From: the human T2T-CHM13v2.0 reference genome, Homo sapiens
Direction: 5' to 3' (one strand)
Assembly (NCBI RefSeq): GCF_009914755.1
Contig: NC_060925.1
Length of the DNA: 64,000 nucleotides
Part shown: positions 39,648 to 60,294 of the stretch, in pieces
How the letters are laid out: each line of letters begins with the position of its first letter
Position numbering within the stretch: the first letter of the stretch is position 1
Translations under genes and position numbers: made by a program
The notes under the pieces: model-generated
The model's input: the letters and a program-made list of their open reading frames with translations, nothing else
The model's database searches: none
Told to the model about the DNA's origin: nothing

Positions 39648-40746
39648 CTACAAATAAGAAAGAAATAGAAAAAAAAAGTATTTTTTTGGAGAAACTGTAT
39701 ACTTTACTTTCCTCAGACCAGTATTTCCCAAATTATATCTAATTACATATTAACAAGTGTTCATTCTTTATTTAGACCATCAGTTAATTTTTTCTGGGCA
39801 TGTTTTATGTGCTAAGCACTAGGAATGCAATTGTAAGCTAAATAAACAAGGTCCTTGCCCTAAAAGAATAAAACTAAACACTTCCCAAACTTATTTAATA
39901 ATGGAACTCTTTTTATTAAAACACTAACACTGCTAAGATCACAGAACACAATATGAGAAACTGTTTTATATAACTTTTTAAATCCTCTCTGCAAAAAATA
40001 AAATTGTCACAAGCAGAATGTTTTCACAGATCTAGTAGCAAATGTTTATGTACCTTAAATAGTAAAATCTTCCAATAAATGTTTCAAAATATTTCTCCAC
40101 TAAGAAGTCACTCACTGTTATTCCTTCTATTGATATCAACTAAGAGGTGGAAAGCAAAAAAGAGTAAACAAAATACTCGCTGTGATGAATTTGGTTATAA
40201 TTTGATATTAGCTTTAAAAAATCCTTCCCATTCCTTTTTCTTCTAAAATAAGAATTAAACAATTCTAAAATGACCCACAGGTTGGTAGCAATAAAAAAAT
40301 TATGACAAGAATTTTAGCAATTAACCTCTGAAAGCAAGTATAATGTTTTCTCAGAATATAGTGATAAAAACCAATGTCAAGCTCTAGTGATAGTATATAA
40401 TGTTGAGTCTATATGGTTATTAAAAGTACCAGATTCTAAAACCAAACCTCCTGAAATAGAATCCCAGCTTTACTACTTACTAGTTGTGTGTCTTGGGTAG
40501 GTAACTTAACCAATCTATGTCTCAGTTTACTCTAGGAATAACCATACATGCTTATTACATAGATATTACACATATGTATATATCATTACATATAATATGA
40601 ATTATTATATATAACTGTGAAATACTTATATCTCTATATATAGATATAACCATAGAGATAGAAATAGCTAGATATATCTAAGAATGATACTTAGGTTTCA
40701 GGTAGTATTATTTAGTGTTTTAACCATGAAGAGACTTAGGTCTCTA

Positions 40747-40995
<249 letters not shown>

Positions 40996-43026
40996 TCAGA
41001 TCATTTAATTTAGTATCTGACAACCACAAATTATTTTATTTTTCAGGCCAGTGTTAGTTGACCAGGGAAGCTGGACCAGCCAGCCTTAATAAACTACCCT
41101 ATTTACCTGATGATAGCAAGTTTAACCTTGTATTGTTAATGTCACAATAAATCAAGTCACTGGGCACCCTCTAGTTGATCACTTCGATAAATATAGAAAC
41201 AAGTAAGACTTAGTACTTGCTGTCAAAAAATTTATAATCTAGTATTAAAGGTTATTAAACACACTATATTACAAACCCTCTGTATTAAAAAGGAAAACCA
41301 AATAAGGAATTATATTTTCCTATGTACTTATATCTATGATGGGAAAATACTTTGAAAAATCAAAGTACTACCCTCCCATTTAGTCAGGAATACTCATTGT
41401 ATCACAGATGGCATGCCCAGCAAAACAGAAAATTTCTGAGTGCTGGTACCAAGTTTTAAAAGCTGAAATTAGTGTTTAAGACTAAAGATTTGGAATACTA
41501 TATGCATCAGGCTTTTTTACATCCTACACTAGACAAAGTCTCAATAGGATGCATTAGGGAAAAGAAAAGCCAGAATGAAAGCTAACAGCGCTCAGGATTA
41601 ATGGGATCCCTAAAAAAGCACCCTGCATTCTGTTTCATGCAAGTTGAATCCTCCCTAGCAGGAAGAACAAAAGAAACTCCAAGGCAGGTTTGAAAATCAA
41701 ACAGCAGAAGAGACCTTTTGCCCTAAACCCTGATTGTCTGAAGAGGTAGACCTTCACAGAGTTCTTTCTGTACAAGGTATTACAATGAAGCAATCAGAAT
41801 GTCTGCATGATTATGTTTAAGCAGAAATGGGTCTTCAGTCCCACAAAGCTCTTCTCCAACACCCAAGGCAGCTTGAGATACATAATGATATTCCAAAGCG
41901 CTCAGTGCAGCATGGACAGGAAACAAGAGAGCCAGTGGCCTGAACAGGGTCAAAAGTTGCAGCAGGAACTTGCACAAATCTGACAAAGACCAGATGCAAA
42001 TGAAAACACCTCAGCAGATTGTAGCACAGATGGATGAGAATCACGTCACCCCATATCACCAGTACTGGCATACCATTAGTCCCCTCTACATTACATATAA
42101 CCCCAGAGAAAAGGGAATAAAGAAACCTTGAATTAGGTGAAATTTGGTGTCTATAATTCAGTAGAACAAATAGGGGCTTAAAATAGATATTAAGTTCAAT
42201 TACTAACTTTTTTAAGTTACATTCTTTTGTATACCTGAGTTGTGGCATGGAATTAATATCTGTTTTGTACTTAAGATGAATATACACACAAAACCGTTGA
42301 CACTGAGCAATAAAACCCATTTCTTAGCTTTTTTTTTTGCGGGGGGGTGGGGGGTGGATAGAGTCTCCCTCTGTCGCCCAGGCTGGAGTACAGTAGCATG
42401 ACTTCAGTTCACAGCAACCTCCGCCTCCAAGGTTCAAGTGATTCTTGAGCCTCAGCGTCCGAGGAGCTCAGACTACAGGCATGTGCCAGCACGCCCAGCT
42501 AATTTTTATATTTTTAGTAGACACAGGGTTTCACCATGTTGGTCAGGCTGGTCTTGAACTCCTGACCTCAGGTGATCCACCCACCTCTGCCTCCCGAAGC
42601 ACTGGGATTACAAGTGTGAGCCACTGTGCCTGGCCTCATTTCTTAGCTTTTTTAGTACCCAAGGGAAAAAAGGAAAAACTTCAGGTTGTATAGTTATAAC
42701 AACAGTACTTTAGGAGAGACAAACATTTTGATAACATTTAAAATGACTGTTCCTCATTAAAGCTTAGGCCAGAATGGAAAATAAACAAGGTTTTTTAACA
42801 TCACTTTTTTTGAAGCCGGGTTTCACTCTATTACTTAGGCTAGAGTGCAGTTGGCATAGCATGATCATGGCTCCCCAACTCGACTTCTTGGGCCCAAGTG
42901 ATCCTCCTACCTCAGCCTTCTGAGTAGCTTTTAATAACAATCTTAAAGAAATTGCTATTGTCTCCTTAGTTTGGCTATTTCTTCCATAAATATTCAATAA
43001 AATGTTGAATAAGGTCTTAAAATTTA

Positions 43027-43890
<864 letters not shown>

Positions 43891-44315
43891 ATAATATCTT
43901 TTTTATTTTTTTTGAGATGGAGTCTCACTGTATCACCCAGGATGGAGTGTAGTGGCATGATCTCGGCTCACTACAACCTGTGCCTCTTGGGTTCAAGTGA
44001 TTCTCTTGCTTCAGCCTCCTGAGTAGCTGGGATTACAGGCATGCACCACCAGGCCCGGCTAATTCTTGTATTTTTAGTAAAGACGGGGTTTCACCACGTT
44101 GGCCAGGCTGGTCTCCAAGTCCCGAGACTCAGGTGATCTGCCTGCTTCTGCCTCCCAAAGTGCTGGGATTACAGGCGTGAGCCACCGGGCCTGGCCGAGA
44201 ATATCTTCTTTACCACAAAAGGTAGAATATGCTGACCCAAGAAGTCACAAGACTTTATTTAATTAATATTCTTCAAGTGTGTTTTAGAAGTTTTAAAACA
44301 ATTTTTTTTTTTTAG

Positions 44316-45362
<1,047 letters not shown>

Positions 45363-45987
45363 GTTGGCCAGGCTGGTCTCAAACTCCTGACCTCAAGTGA
45401 TCTGCTCGCCTTGGACTCCCAAAGTGCTGGGATTATAGGCGTGAGCCATCACACTCCAGCTAGTAGTTAATTTTATAGTAGTTTATCTGATAGGTCCAGA
45501 TTTAAAACTATAAGGAAGGGTTGGGGACGATGGTTCACACACGTGATCCCAGCACTTTGGGAGGCCAAGGCAGAAGGATCACTTGAGGCTAGGAGCTCGA
45601 GACCAACCTGGCCAATACAGCGAGACCCCACCTTTAATTTAAATATTAAAATAAGAAACTTATAAGGAAGGGAAGAACAAATAGAAAGCACTAAACAAAA
45701 CAGGGAGCAGATTCTTGCTAAGCAAGATAATTTTTTGACAAATACTTTTGTATTTTTCCTGTATAATACATCAACCCAAATGAAAACCATATTAGAGTTG
45801 CCACTTCATTAAAATTACTATCCAACTTCCTAGTGAATATGAAGGAATGCATTTAAAACAAAGACATTTATGGTACATAAGATTTAAAAAATCATTTCAT
45901 CAGAAATAATTTAGTTATTTTACTCACCAAAAACTAATAAATATAATTTTTAAAAAAACACACACATAATAACAAAAAGATCTTTTA

Positions 45988-46113
<126 letters not shown>

Positions 46114-46753
46114 TCATATTTTGAGATCTGACTTAAATAAGAACACCAGAGAATTCTATTTAGATGAAAAATAGCTCTGAAACACTAGATGATGGAGTGG
46201 CAGACTTCTGATTTCTGTAACCCTCTTTTGTAAACTGTCCAGTTCCCTGCTACATAAGTGAAAAAGTTAATCACTTGTGTTATAATCACAGATTCAGTGA
46301 ATATAACTATGAAATGAGAATACCATCTAAAGAATAAAATGACAAATATGTCTCTAAAACAGAAATATTAGATCTCAGTTAAAATGATAGGTATAAAATA
46401 CAAAAACTTTATAGCTTACATAACCTATAAAATATAAAATGTATATAATATATAATATAAAGGTATTTTATATATAACATATATGTAATATAATGTATAT
46501 ATTATAATATTAAAATATATATTTATATAAAATATATAGATGTATAACATATACATGATCTCAAAGAAGGTACTAAATACGATCTGAGTGGACACGTGGT
46601 TATTTAAAAGTATTCAATATTTTTCTAATAAAGAATGTACTTTTATTAGTCTGAGACCTAAAATAACCAATAATTTTATTGAAAAGTAGCATTTGAATAT
46701 TTTCATATAATGACACCTAGTTTCAAAGATCTACTTCCTCTTTTTTTTTTTGA

Positions 46754-47053
<300 letters not shown>

Positions 47054-47252
47054 TGATCATCATCTAGTTGTGTTTCTAGGTATTTTATTAGATGATATAG
47101 TAACAATCTATTCTGATTCCTTAGATACATAATATAAATAATGGCCTTTAAGTATAAAAAACCATTTCTTATTCCCACACATTTTAAAAATAATACAGTC
47201 ATGGTCAGGTGCAGTGGCTCACACCTATAATCCCAGCACTTTGGGAGGCTTA

Positions 47253-47528
<276 letters not shown>

Positions 47529-47856
47529 TCAGGACAAAGAAAAGTACTGAGATCCCACAAAGTTAACCTTCACAAGTATAAAATGATATATGAACAACTG
47601 ATATATTCTTCAAAGATTTTAGAAAAACATGGGCAAGTTATTCTGTGAGTAACCTCTGGTTCTCTATTGTAATTTGGTTGAAGATATGATCTCAGATTTA
47701 CTAAAAAAATTTAACCATAAATGAATAAAGTTAATATTTAATAAGATTATTTATAAGTAAACAAAGCATAATAGTTTGGATTACTATTTTAAAGGGTAAA
47801 AGCTGTTGGGTTTAAACTGCCAAAGTGCAAAACCCTAAACAGTCACTAATGTACTA

Positions 47857-48039
<183 letters not shown>

Positions 48040-48808
48040 TCATTTAATTAAAATTTAATGAGGATAACATGATGACACTCAAATAACTTCATGTGAGTCT
48101 CCCAATCTAGTTAACAAAATGACTAAAAGGTGCAATTTTTGTTCAAAAACTGGGGTCCACCACTTAGGAAGGCAAAAGGTGGGAGGATCGCTTGAGGCCA
48201 GGAGTTTGAGACCAGCCTTGTCAACATAGTGAGACCCTTCCTCTCTACAAAACAAAATTTTATTTTATTCAGGAGGCTGAGGCAGGAGAATGGCGTGAAC
48301 CCGGGAGGCGGAGCTTGTAATGAGCCAAGATCGCGCCACTGCACTCCAGCCTGGGCGACAGAGCAAGACTCCGTCTCCAAAAAAAAAAAAAAAAAAAAGG
48401 AATAAGAGAGCAATTCAAAATTAATTTTACTGAGGATTTACTGTCAATATGAACTTAAAGCATGATCAGTAATTGATAATAAAACATAATTGTACTAAAT
48501 CATAGCAAAGGATCTAAAACTAACATTTAATTTCTGCTATCTAAATATAACTAATTATCTTGAAAAGTTAAAACAAAATGTTAAAAGTAGAACTCCAAAA
48601 GCATCTGAAGAAAATACAAGTGATTTTTTTACTTCAGTAAATACACCTGGAGTGGGTGAATCTTTTCTAAACACGATATGAAAAAGATTAATAAATATGA
48701 CTAAAAAACAGTAAGTCTGTTTGGGAAAAATATTGTTAAACTTAAATGACAATCTGGGGGGAAAACCGTTACTATATATCATCAATATGTGTTTCTCTAT
48801 GTATTTTA

Positions 48809-49243
<435 letters not shown>

Positions 49244-49635
49244 TTATTTTTCATCTATCAGGTTAGCAGAGGTCAAAAGTTTAACAACAGCCCTCCACTC
49301 ACCTCTCTGAGCTCATCTCCAGCTACTCTCCCCTTCCTTCACTCCTCTCTAGCTACAGTGGCCTCTTTGCTGCTCCTTGAAGATGTAACGTGTTGTTTCA
49401 CCCAGAGCCCTTACACTTAACACATCCTTTGCCTAGGACAGTGCCCCAGACAGCCACAAGGCTTACTTCCTCACCTTAAGTCGGCCTCCCTGACCACCTA
49501 TTTAAATTGCAACTCTTGGCCGGGTGCAGTGGCTCACGCCTGTAATCGCAGCACTTTGGGAGGCCAAGGCAGGCAGATCACCTGAGGTCAGGAGTTCGAG
49601 ATCAGCCTGACCAACATGGAGAAACCCTGTCTCTA

Positions 49636-49851
<216 letters not shown>

Positions 49852-49961
49852 TTAAATAAATAAATAAATAAACGGCAACTCTTTACTTGCCACTATCATT
49901 CAGACACACAACATCCTCCTCTCAGGCTTTATTTTTCTCCACAGTACTCATCGCCTTTTAA

Positions 49962-50225
<264 letters not shown>

Positions 50226-51337
50226 TAATTCCTGGCCTCAAGTGATCCACCCGCCTTGGCCTCCCAAAGTGTTGGGATTACAGATGTGAGCCACCATGCC
50301 TGGCCTATTTTATTTTTTTAAGACAGGGTCTGTATTGTTCAGGCTGGAGTACAGTGGCACAATCATGGCTTACTGCAGCCTGAACTCCTGGGCTCAAGCG
50401 ATCTTCCCATATCAGTCTCCTGCTGGGACTACAGGCATGTGTCATTACACCCAGCTAACTTGTTTTTTGTTTTTTTTTTTTGTTAGAGACAGAGTCTTGC
50501 TATGGTACCCAGGCTGGTCTGGAACTCCTGGCCTCAAGCGATCCTCCTGCCTCAGCCTCCCAAAGTCCCAAAGTGCTGGGATTACAGACATGAGACACCA
50601 TGCCTGGTCTGGGGACCTTTATTTTGTTTACTCTGATCCCCAGTACTGTGAACATAATAGATATAATAGGTGCTCAATAAATAAATAAATAAATATTTCT
50701 TTCACAGTGTTAGTGCAGGTAGAGAAAAAGGCACTCTCGTGTACTGCTGGAAAAATTATAAATTGGTGCAGTCTTTTTGAAGGGCAATTTGGCAATATCT
50801 ACCAAATTTTAAATTACATACTCTTTGGCCTAGAAAAAAACACTTTTAGAAACTTATCCTACAAATATACTAGCATATGCACACAAAGATGTATGCATAA
50901 AATGTTCAGTCTACCACTATCTGCAAGACAAAAGGGCCAGTTTTTAAAATACAGTATGTATTATATACTCTTCAGTTGTAAAATATGTATATTAAATCTG
51001 TATATGCCAAGAGGTAATGATCTCCAAGGTATAATTTATACAGAAAAAAGCAACATAAAGAAAAGAAAGGATGCTATGGTTTAATTTTTACAGGCCAGGA
51101 AAAGGTGATACTTGTCTATGTTGAGTATTGAAATATTGACTATTTCAGGAAGGAAGCACAAGATATCACTTTACAGTGATTGCCTCTGAGAATGGGGTCT
51201 AGGGAAATGGGGAGGAAGAGAGATCTACTTTTATTGTAGATATTTACATATGTCAATTTATTACTATGTGCTTGTACTGCCTTTTCAATATAGTTTAAGT
51301 CCTTTACAGCCACCCAAGGTAGATAAAAATAGACCTT

Positions 51338-51409
51338 CTCATTTAATAGATAAAGAAGGTGAGAGACAAATACTGACAAAGATGTCACCTTCTTTATCTA
51401 TTAAATGAG
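51338..51409. repeat. Perfect 25-bp inverted repeat with a 22-nt spacer
   Basis: CTCATTTAATAGATAAAGAAGGTGA (51338-51362) / TCACCTTCTTTATCTATTAAATGAG (51385-51409). Confidence 0.95.
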
Positions 51410-51845
51410 TTGAGGTTAAAAGTAAAGTTTCCCTAACTATTAATTCCAATGTTTAGGCTTCAGTTTCAGGAAGAAATTAAAAATCTTGTCTCAAGTATTT
51501 CTTTGTGTATTAGTAGTAACACTGTGTAACTTAATAAAACATCTGTAAGGTAACAAATCCAAACTCATTTGCAGTCATTTCACTGAAAGTTAACCTCCTT
51601 AATTATTAAATAGGATGCTACAGTAGACAATCTCCACAGTTTTTTTCCACCCCCAAAAGGTTTGTGTTCTGTGGTTAGGCAAGTGAATTCCTTGGTATTT
51701 CCAGGTATACTGCAACCTCATCTTTTTTTAATCTGGTTTTATTCTCATTTAATATAAGGTTTGTTTTTTCTTAATGTACGTGTTTATTTATAAGTATTGT
51801 AAAAGGTTACGGCATTACATGAATTTTAAATGGGACCATAAACTA

Positions 51846-52004
<159 letters not shown>

Positions 52005-53040
52005 TTAAAAACCATAGTCACTTACATATATAGCATAATTTACATTCTTCCTAAGATAACAAAGTAGACGTATGGCTTTTATCAGCCATACATTAAAAAG
52101 CCTTAGTAATAAGAAATCTAAAAACGTGCTGATAATTAAAAGGAAGAATATATAGACATTTGTATATATATAACTATATTGATATATATAGACAGACATA
52201 TAGATATATATCGAGAGAGAGAGAGAGAAAGAGAGCAAGCACGCGTATCTCTGTCCTCTTTTACCTGAGATGTGGGAAAGAAAATGGTTAACAGAGATGA
52301 AAGCAGTATACTAGAATGAATTAGCTTGGACTGGAAAGAATGGGCTAAGGTAGTACAGACTAATTTGCAGCCTAAAACTACTTCACAGAGTTGCTGAGGA
52401 TTAAATGCTGTAATATATACAGGTAGTCAGAAAGAGAGAAGGCTCTTAATATTTACTTAAGCATCAACAATCCATTGCCTATATTAGGACTGTAGCAAAC
52501 TATAAGTAGATTTCATGGTCCAGAGAACATTCATGCATTCTCATTCACTTTGCATGTGCCATTCCCTTACATGGGTTCCCTTCCCCAACAATCTTCCCTT
52601 CTACTATCTAAACAATTGAAAGTCTAGCTCAAGTTTGTCTTCTCTAGGAAAATGCTCCCTATCATATCTTTCTTACAAATACTAAGTGTTCACTTTCCAT
52701 ACTGGTCACTTTATAGTAAATCATATACTTTATTTTTCTGTGTATGAATATTTGAATGTTTTATCACCTCACTTTGATTTTAAATTCTTTAAGAAGCTTT
52801 AAACCTCAACACATTATCAAGCATAACACTGTATATAATAAGTACTCAATACTGAATGAATATAAATTTCTAAATATTCTGTCTAAATATCATTAACTCA
52901 GATGGCTTGAGCCCAGGAGTTCCAGACCAGCCTGGGCAACATGGCGAAAGCCCGCCTCTACAAAATATACAAAACCTAGCCAGGCGTGATGGCCGGTGCC
53001 TGTAGTCCTAGCTATTCAGGAGGCTGAGGTGGGAGGATCA

Positions 53041-53166
<126 letters not shown>

Positions 53167-53380
53167 TCATTAATTACTACTCTAAAGAGAAGGCCATTAA
53201 CACTAAAGGAGATTTCTGCAAGATTGACTGACAGTGGATTTTAAATGGTATTATTATGAGCCCTGAGTTCTTTAGGGTGACTTAAGGATGAGTGGTAGTG
53301 AGAGAATACTGAAGAAACAGGGCTCTAAGCCTTCACCTTCAACCAGGAGAATTCAACTTATATTTTTTATTTTTTTTTGA

Positions 53381-53581
<201 letters not shown>

Positions 53582-53913
53582 TGAACTCCTGACCTCGAAC
53601 TCCTGACCTCAGGTGATCCGCCCACCTCAGCCTCCAAAAGTGCTGGGATTACAGGCGTGAGCCACTGCGCCTGGCCATAGAATTAAGCTTTTATCTGTTT
53701 TATATGTTAGAGTTCTTCCTAATATTGGACAAAATCTGGCTGAGCATGATGGTTCACACCTGTAATCCAAGCACTTTGGGAGGCTGAGGCGGGTAAATCA
53801 CTTGAGGCCACGGGTTCGAGACGAGCCTGGCCAACATGGTAAAACCCCGTCTCTACTAAAAAAGCAAAAATTAGCCAGGCATGGTGATGCACGCCTGTAA
53901 TCCCAGCTACTTA

Positions 53914-54045
<132 letters not shown>

Positions 54046-54203
54046 TTAGCTGATTCTACTAGTAAAATAAGAAAACCTGACAACCACTTATCTTTGTGGC
54101 TTTATAAAATGATCTAAATATTTATAGTACAACTGAGTCACATGCTTATCATATACATTTGAACATTTGGCTGATAAGGTTTTCATAAATAATGTAATAC
54201 TTA

Positions 54204-54323
<120 letters not shown>

Positions 54324-55564
54324 TTATGTACTTTTTACCTAAAAGACATAATCTAAATGCTGAAGCATACTTTAGAAAGGGGAGATAATTCAAATGAACG
54401 TTGTCTTGCACACACAAAAGAAACAGAAACTTTTTACTGACTCAGTAAAAAGACTCTGGTAAGAGGAAGAGATTAAAGAGATTTAATACCTTAAAACTTC
54501 CATCTATCAATTAAAAGACATTGAAGATTATACACCTTTTTTAAAAGTTTTGCTCTATAACTTTACTTACAATTTACTTTAATCAAGAGTGTTAACATTA
54601 AGGTAGGCAGTTTCAGAACCAAATAGGTTTCCTTGGAAGAACTGAATTCCCTATCACTAGAAAATGTTCATGCATCCAAGTGATTTGACAAGACTGCAAC
54701 AGATGTGACTTCTAAGTGAAGGAGACTGAATTAGGAGAAGTATGATCAACCTTCCATGTGCCATATTCCTCCAACCACTGTCAAAGGACTTTGGAACCAT
54801 CATAAAACACAAAAGCTCACTCTTTCCTAAAAGGACATTATACTATATTTATATTTTATTATATTTATTATTGACAGCAAGTTATAAGAATACAAAAAAC
54901 CAAAGTAGAATTGTTAATTTTATTGTTATGTCTTTCTTCAAAAACAATGCCATTAGTGGGTCAGGCATGGTGGCTCACGCTTACTGTAATCCCAGCACTT
55001 TGGGAGGCCGAGGTGGGCAAATCACTTGAGGTGAGGAGTTCGAGACCAGCATGGCCAACATGGCAAAACCCCATCTCTACTGAATATACAAAAAAAAAAA
55101 TTAGCCAGGCATTGTGGCACACGCCTGTAATCCCAGCTACTCGGGAGGCTGAGGCAGGAGAATGAATCACTTGAACCCAGGAAGCAGAGGTTGCAGTGAG
55201 CCGAGATTGCACCACTGCACTTCAGCCTGGGCAACAGAGTGAGACTCCGTCTCAAAAACAGAAAACAAAAACAATGCCATTAGTGATATAAAGCCTTGGC
55301 AGTACCACTGATGATATATTTTATTGCTCTAATAACACTAAAACACAAAGACAATACATTTGTCAGGTCTTGTGACAAGAATATTAAGCCTGAGTTGGCG
55401 TAAGATTTACAAATCAACAATGACACAGCTGCTTTAAAAGTTCTCCCTCATGTCTTGCCCATCTGATAAATTTCTACTCCTTAAAAGAATTAGTTCAGGC
55501 TGGCTGGGCCCAGTGGCTCATGCCTGTAATTCCAACACTTTGGAAGGCTGAGATGGGTGCATCA

Positions 55565-55891
<327 letters not shown>

Positions 55892-57161
55892 TCATGTTTA
55901 CATGTCAACATATTCAATAGATAGTAAGTATAGTTTTTAATCTATTTATTTCCAATGTCTAACATAATGCCTATGCCATAATGGGCCCTAGTAAATATTA
56001 GGGTATATAAAGGGCAAATGTCAAATTTTTTTTTAATGATGGGGTCTCACTACATTGTCCTAGCTGGAGAGCAGTGGCTATTCACAGGCACTATTGTAGC
56101 TTACTGCAGCCTTGAAATCCTAAGCTCAAGCCACCCTCCTGCCTCACTCTCCCAAGCAGCTGGGATTACAGGTGTGTGTCAATGTACCTGGCATGGCAAA
56201 TGTCACCAATTTAATAGACGATTCTAGATAGGAAGTGGCAAGGAGAATAGGTGATTGACAGAATACTGAACATCCTGGTTATTACCAGCATGCCCGCCCA
56301 GCAGTCACAGATGGATAATTCCAAGAAAGGTAAATTCATGCTATACAAGTAAATGGGGATGGGTACTAAAGAAAACAAATTAATTTTTTTGTTAATTTAA
56401 ACAAAAAATCCCATGCTCCACTTGAGAAGTACTTTATTAATTAAGAGGATTAAATGTTTCATTTAATTCAAACAATTTTTGCTCACTTTTGACCACTCCA
56501 TGATTTTGGAATATACCAATTTTTCCTTTGGGCCACTCCAATCAGAAAGCACAGCTCTGGTCAGAATCTGGTTCTGAAGAGGTATTTTTAGAGAATAAGA
56601 CTTGGAATTGAGTGTACTTTGGCAAACATTTTTAGATTGAATGGCCTAACAGGAACTAGGGTGGAGTCACTGGGAAAGGAAACCAGAAGTGTAATACTTG
56701 GAGCAGTCTCTGGTCAAACTTTAAAGTAGAGTAGTTATATTGTCTAACCTAGTTTTATAAATAATAGATAAAGAAAATAGATGAAGATTCAGGGAAGCAG
56801 CCTTGCTGAAGATTAGAAAGCATGCATTTTGGCTTACATTTCCTAAGAAATTAAGAGTGGAGATAGGAAGCTGGAGAGGATTCTACTCCAGCTCTGTGAG
56901 GAAACTCCACCCTCAAGTAGTTGGCAATTTGGTAAGCAAGAGTACTGTAACTTTTTATTTAATTATCTCCTTTCTCTATCTGCAATGCTCATTATTCACA
57001 GTTAAAACCACATACTATAAATGAATTCTCTAGCCTCCCTTGGGTTCATAATTAGGTTATAGTTAAGAAAAAAAAAAGGCCTAAAACCTAAATAAAATAC
57101 AAAGAATAATACAGAATATACAATATAGAACACAATTTCCTCTTACATTTTCAAATAATAA

Positions 57162-57308
<147 letters not shown>

Positions 57309-57681
57309 TGAGTAGCTGGGATTACAGGCACGTGCCACCATGCCCAGCTTTTTTGTTTGTTTGTTATTTTTAGTAGAGATGGAGTTTCACCATGTTGGTG
57401 AGGCTAGTCTTGAACTCCTGACCTCGTGATCCACCCGCCTCGGCCTCCAATTTTAATATAATTTTTACCACCACTTTTTTTTTTTTTTTAGAACTGAGGT
57501 CTCTGGGGCTGGGCATGGTAGCTCACCCCTGTAATCTCAGCACTTTGGGAGGCTGAGGCAGGAGGATCACCTGAAGTCTGGAGTTGAAGTCCAGCCTGGC
57601 CAACATGGTGAAACCTCATCTCTATTAAAAATACAAAAATTAGCCGGTGTAGTGGCATGCACCTGTAATCACAGCTACTCA

Positions 57682-58083
<402 letters not shown>

Positions 58084-58344
58084 TAGGCCTCCCAAAGTAC
58101 TGGGATTACAGGTGTGAGCCACTGCGCCAGGCCCTACCACCAATTTTTTGTAGGTGGTGGCACAACTTAAAGAAAATTTCATATTCAACGAAAATAAACC
58201 ATTTCATTTTTTACTTTCCCTGGTTATTAACCAAGCCACCATATCTCTGGCATATAAATTGACTGGACAATTCTTTCACATTACATGGACATTCTGAAAA
58301 TATACTAATGCAACTAACATTTAGATTAATGTATCTTTTACTTA

Positions 58345-58620
<276 letters not shown>

Positions 58621-60001
58621 TTAAAACTTTGAAATGTGCCCATATCGCCAAAGTTTATTTTATACTGATACATATACATATATAATATCTTGCACAAATA
58701 AAATTAAATGAGTTCTGATTTACAGCATTTCAGTTCTCGTTTATTCCATGTGACCAAAAGATTATGTGAATAATTATATCAAAGCAAGTAAGATTTACTG
58801 TCCCAAGCTCCACTACACATTTTCAATGTAGATATCCCAGCAGCACTTCAGTCTTATTGGGGAGTCACCCCCAATAAATATTTACCACATGGGAAAAAAT
58901 GGACATAAAATAATTTTTTTTTTTTTGAGAAGGAGTCTCGTTCTTTTTGCCCAGGCTGGAGTGCAGTGGTGCGATCTCAGCTCACCACAAACTCCACCTC
59001 CCGGTTCAAGCGATTCTCCTGCCTCAACCTCCCAAGTAGCTGGGATTACAGGTGTGTGCCACCACACCCAGCTAATTTTTTATATTTTTAGTAGAGACAA
59101 GGTTTCACCATGTTGGCCAGGCTGGTCTTGAACTCCTCCTGATCAGCCCACCTCAGCCTCTCAAAGTGCTGGGATTACAGGCGTAAGCCACCATGCCTGG
59201 CCTCATAAAATAATTCCGATTGAGCCTCAGAGAATCTAAAGTCCATTCCTCTTTGATTCCTTTCTTGTTACCACAAATTGTCAAGTTAGTTCTCCCTCTG
59301 TATTTGCCCATGCCCACTGTGTCCTTCCTAGTTTCACTGCTACCATTGTACTATAGGTTAATACATCCCTCTGTAATACACACCTGCCCAACTTCTACAA
59401 TGGCTACTCTAACTTTGGTCAGCCTACCCTATCAGATTAACTATTTCTGATTTGACAGTGTTTTCTTTTTTCAAGAACCTTCAATTTCTACATGGCCCAT
59501 ATGACAAAGTTCAAATTCATCAGGCTGGCAGACAAGGCTCTTCTTTCTTGAGACAGGGTCTTGCTCCCACCAAGGCTGGAGTGCAGTGGTGTGATCACGG
59601 CTCAACCTCCCGGGCTCAAGCAATCCACCTGCCTCAGCTTCCCGAAGTGTTGGGATTAAAGACAGGAGCCACCATGCCCAGCCAAGCCTCTCTATAATCT
59701 GACCAAATTAATACTCCAGTCTGACTGCCCACAAATTCAGCAAAAATGTATACTCTAAACACTACCCTAAGTACATCTTGAACTTTCTTATCTCGGTTAC
59801 ACTGCTTCTTCTGAAAGGCTACTCATATCGCTTACCTAGAGTTTTTGCCCTCACAAACACATTTAGTTGGATTTTAGGTTCACAATAATTCAACCAAATT
59901 ATTGTAAATCATTCTCAAATATGGTTTTACTAAAATACAGCATACTAAACATAGTTTGATTCTTGTGTTGAATTAACTATCAAGTTGTCAATGAATCGCA
60001 C

Positions 60002-60189
60002 CTTTAAAGCTGAACTGAAGTCATCTACACTGTGAACTATCATTTCTCTTGAACAAAGTTCTTGAGTATGAACTTTGCATGGAATCAAAAAGTCCCCAGG
60101 AAGAGAAGCAGTAGGGGTTATTTCTAGGCATTCAGGTACTTCTCGACCAGGATCAAAGCGATCTACTGTCAATGTTACACCTTCTTCAT
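60002..60189 (-). CDS. STIL: STIL exon 5 (188 nt, aa ~89-151)
   Basis: ttctacag|ATGAAG ... TTAAAG|gtgcga; [20 protein letters not shown]...FSSALK. Confidence 0.96.
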
Positions 60190-60294
60190 CTGTAGAACAA
60201 AAATAACAGCTATTATACAGCATACTAATTAAAAACATAAAATCAACCAAGCAAGACTACATTATAGCAAAGCACTTTGTTCATACCAATAGTA

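Noticed and set aside
41470-42320. 161-aa and 68-aa ORFs in non-Alu intron-10 sequence
   Set aside because: No recognisable protein, and not needed for the phase-complete STIL CDS; probably an old repeat relic. A Dfam/BLAST search would settle it.
46420-46555. TA-rich low-complexity tracts (also 40555-40680)
   Set aside because: No periodic structure beyond simple AT-rich decay.
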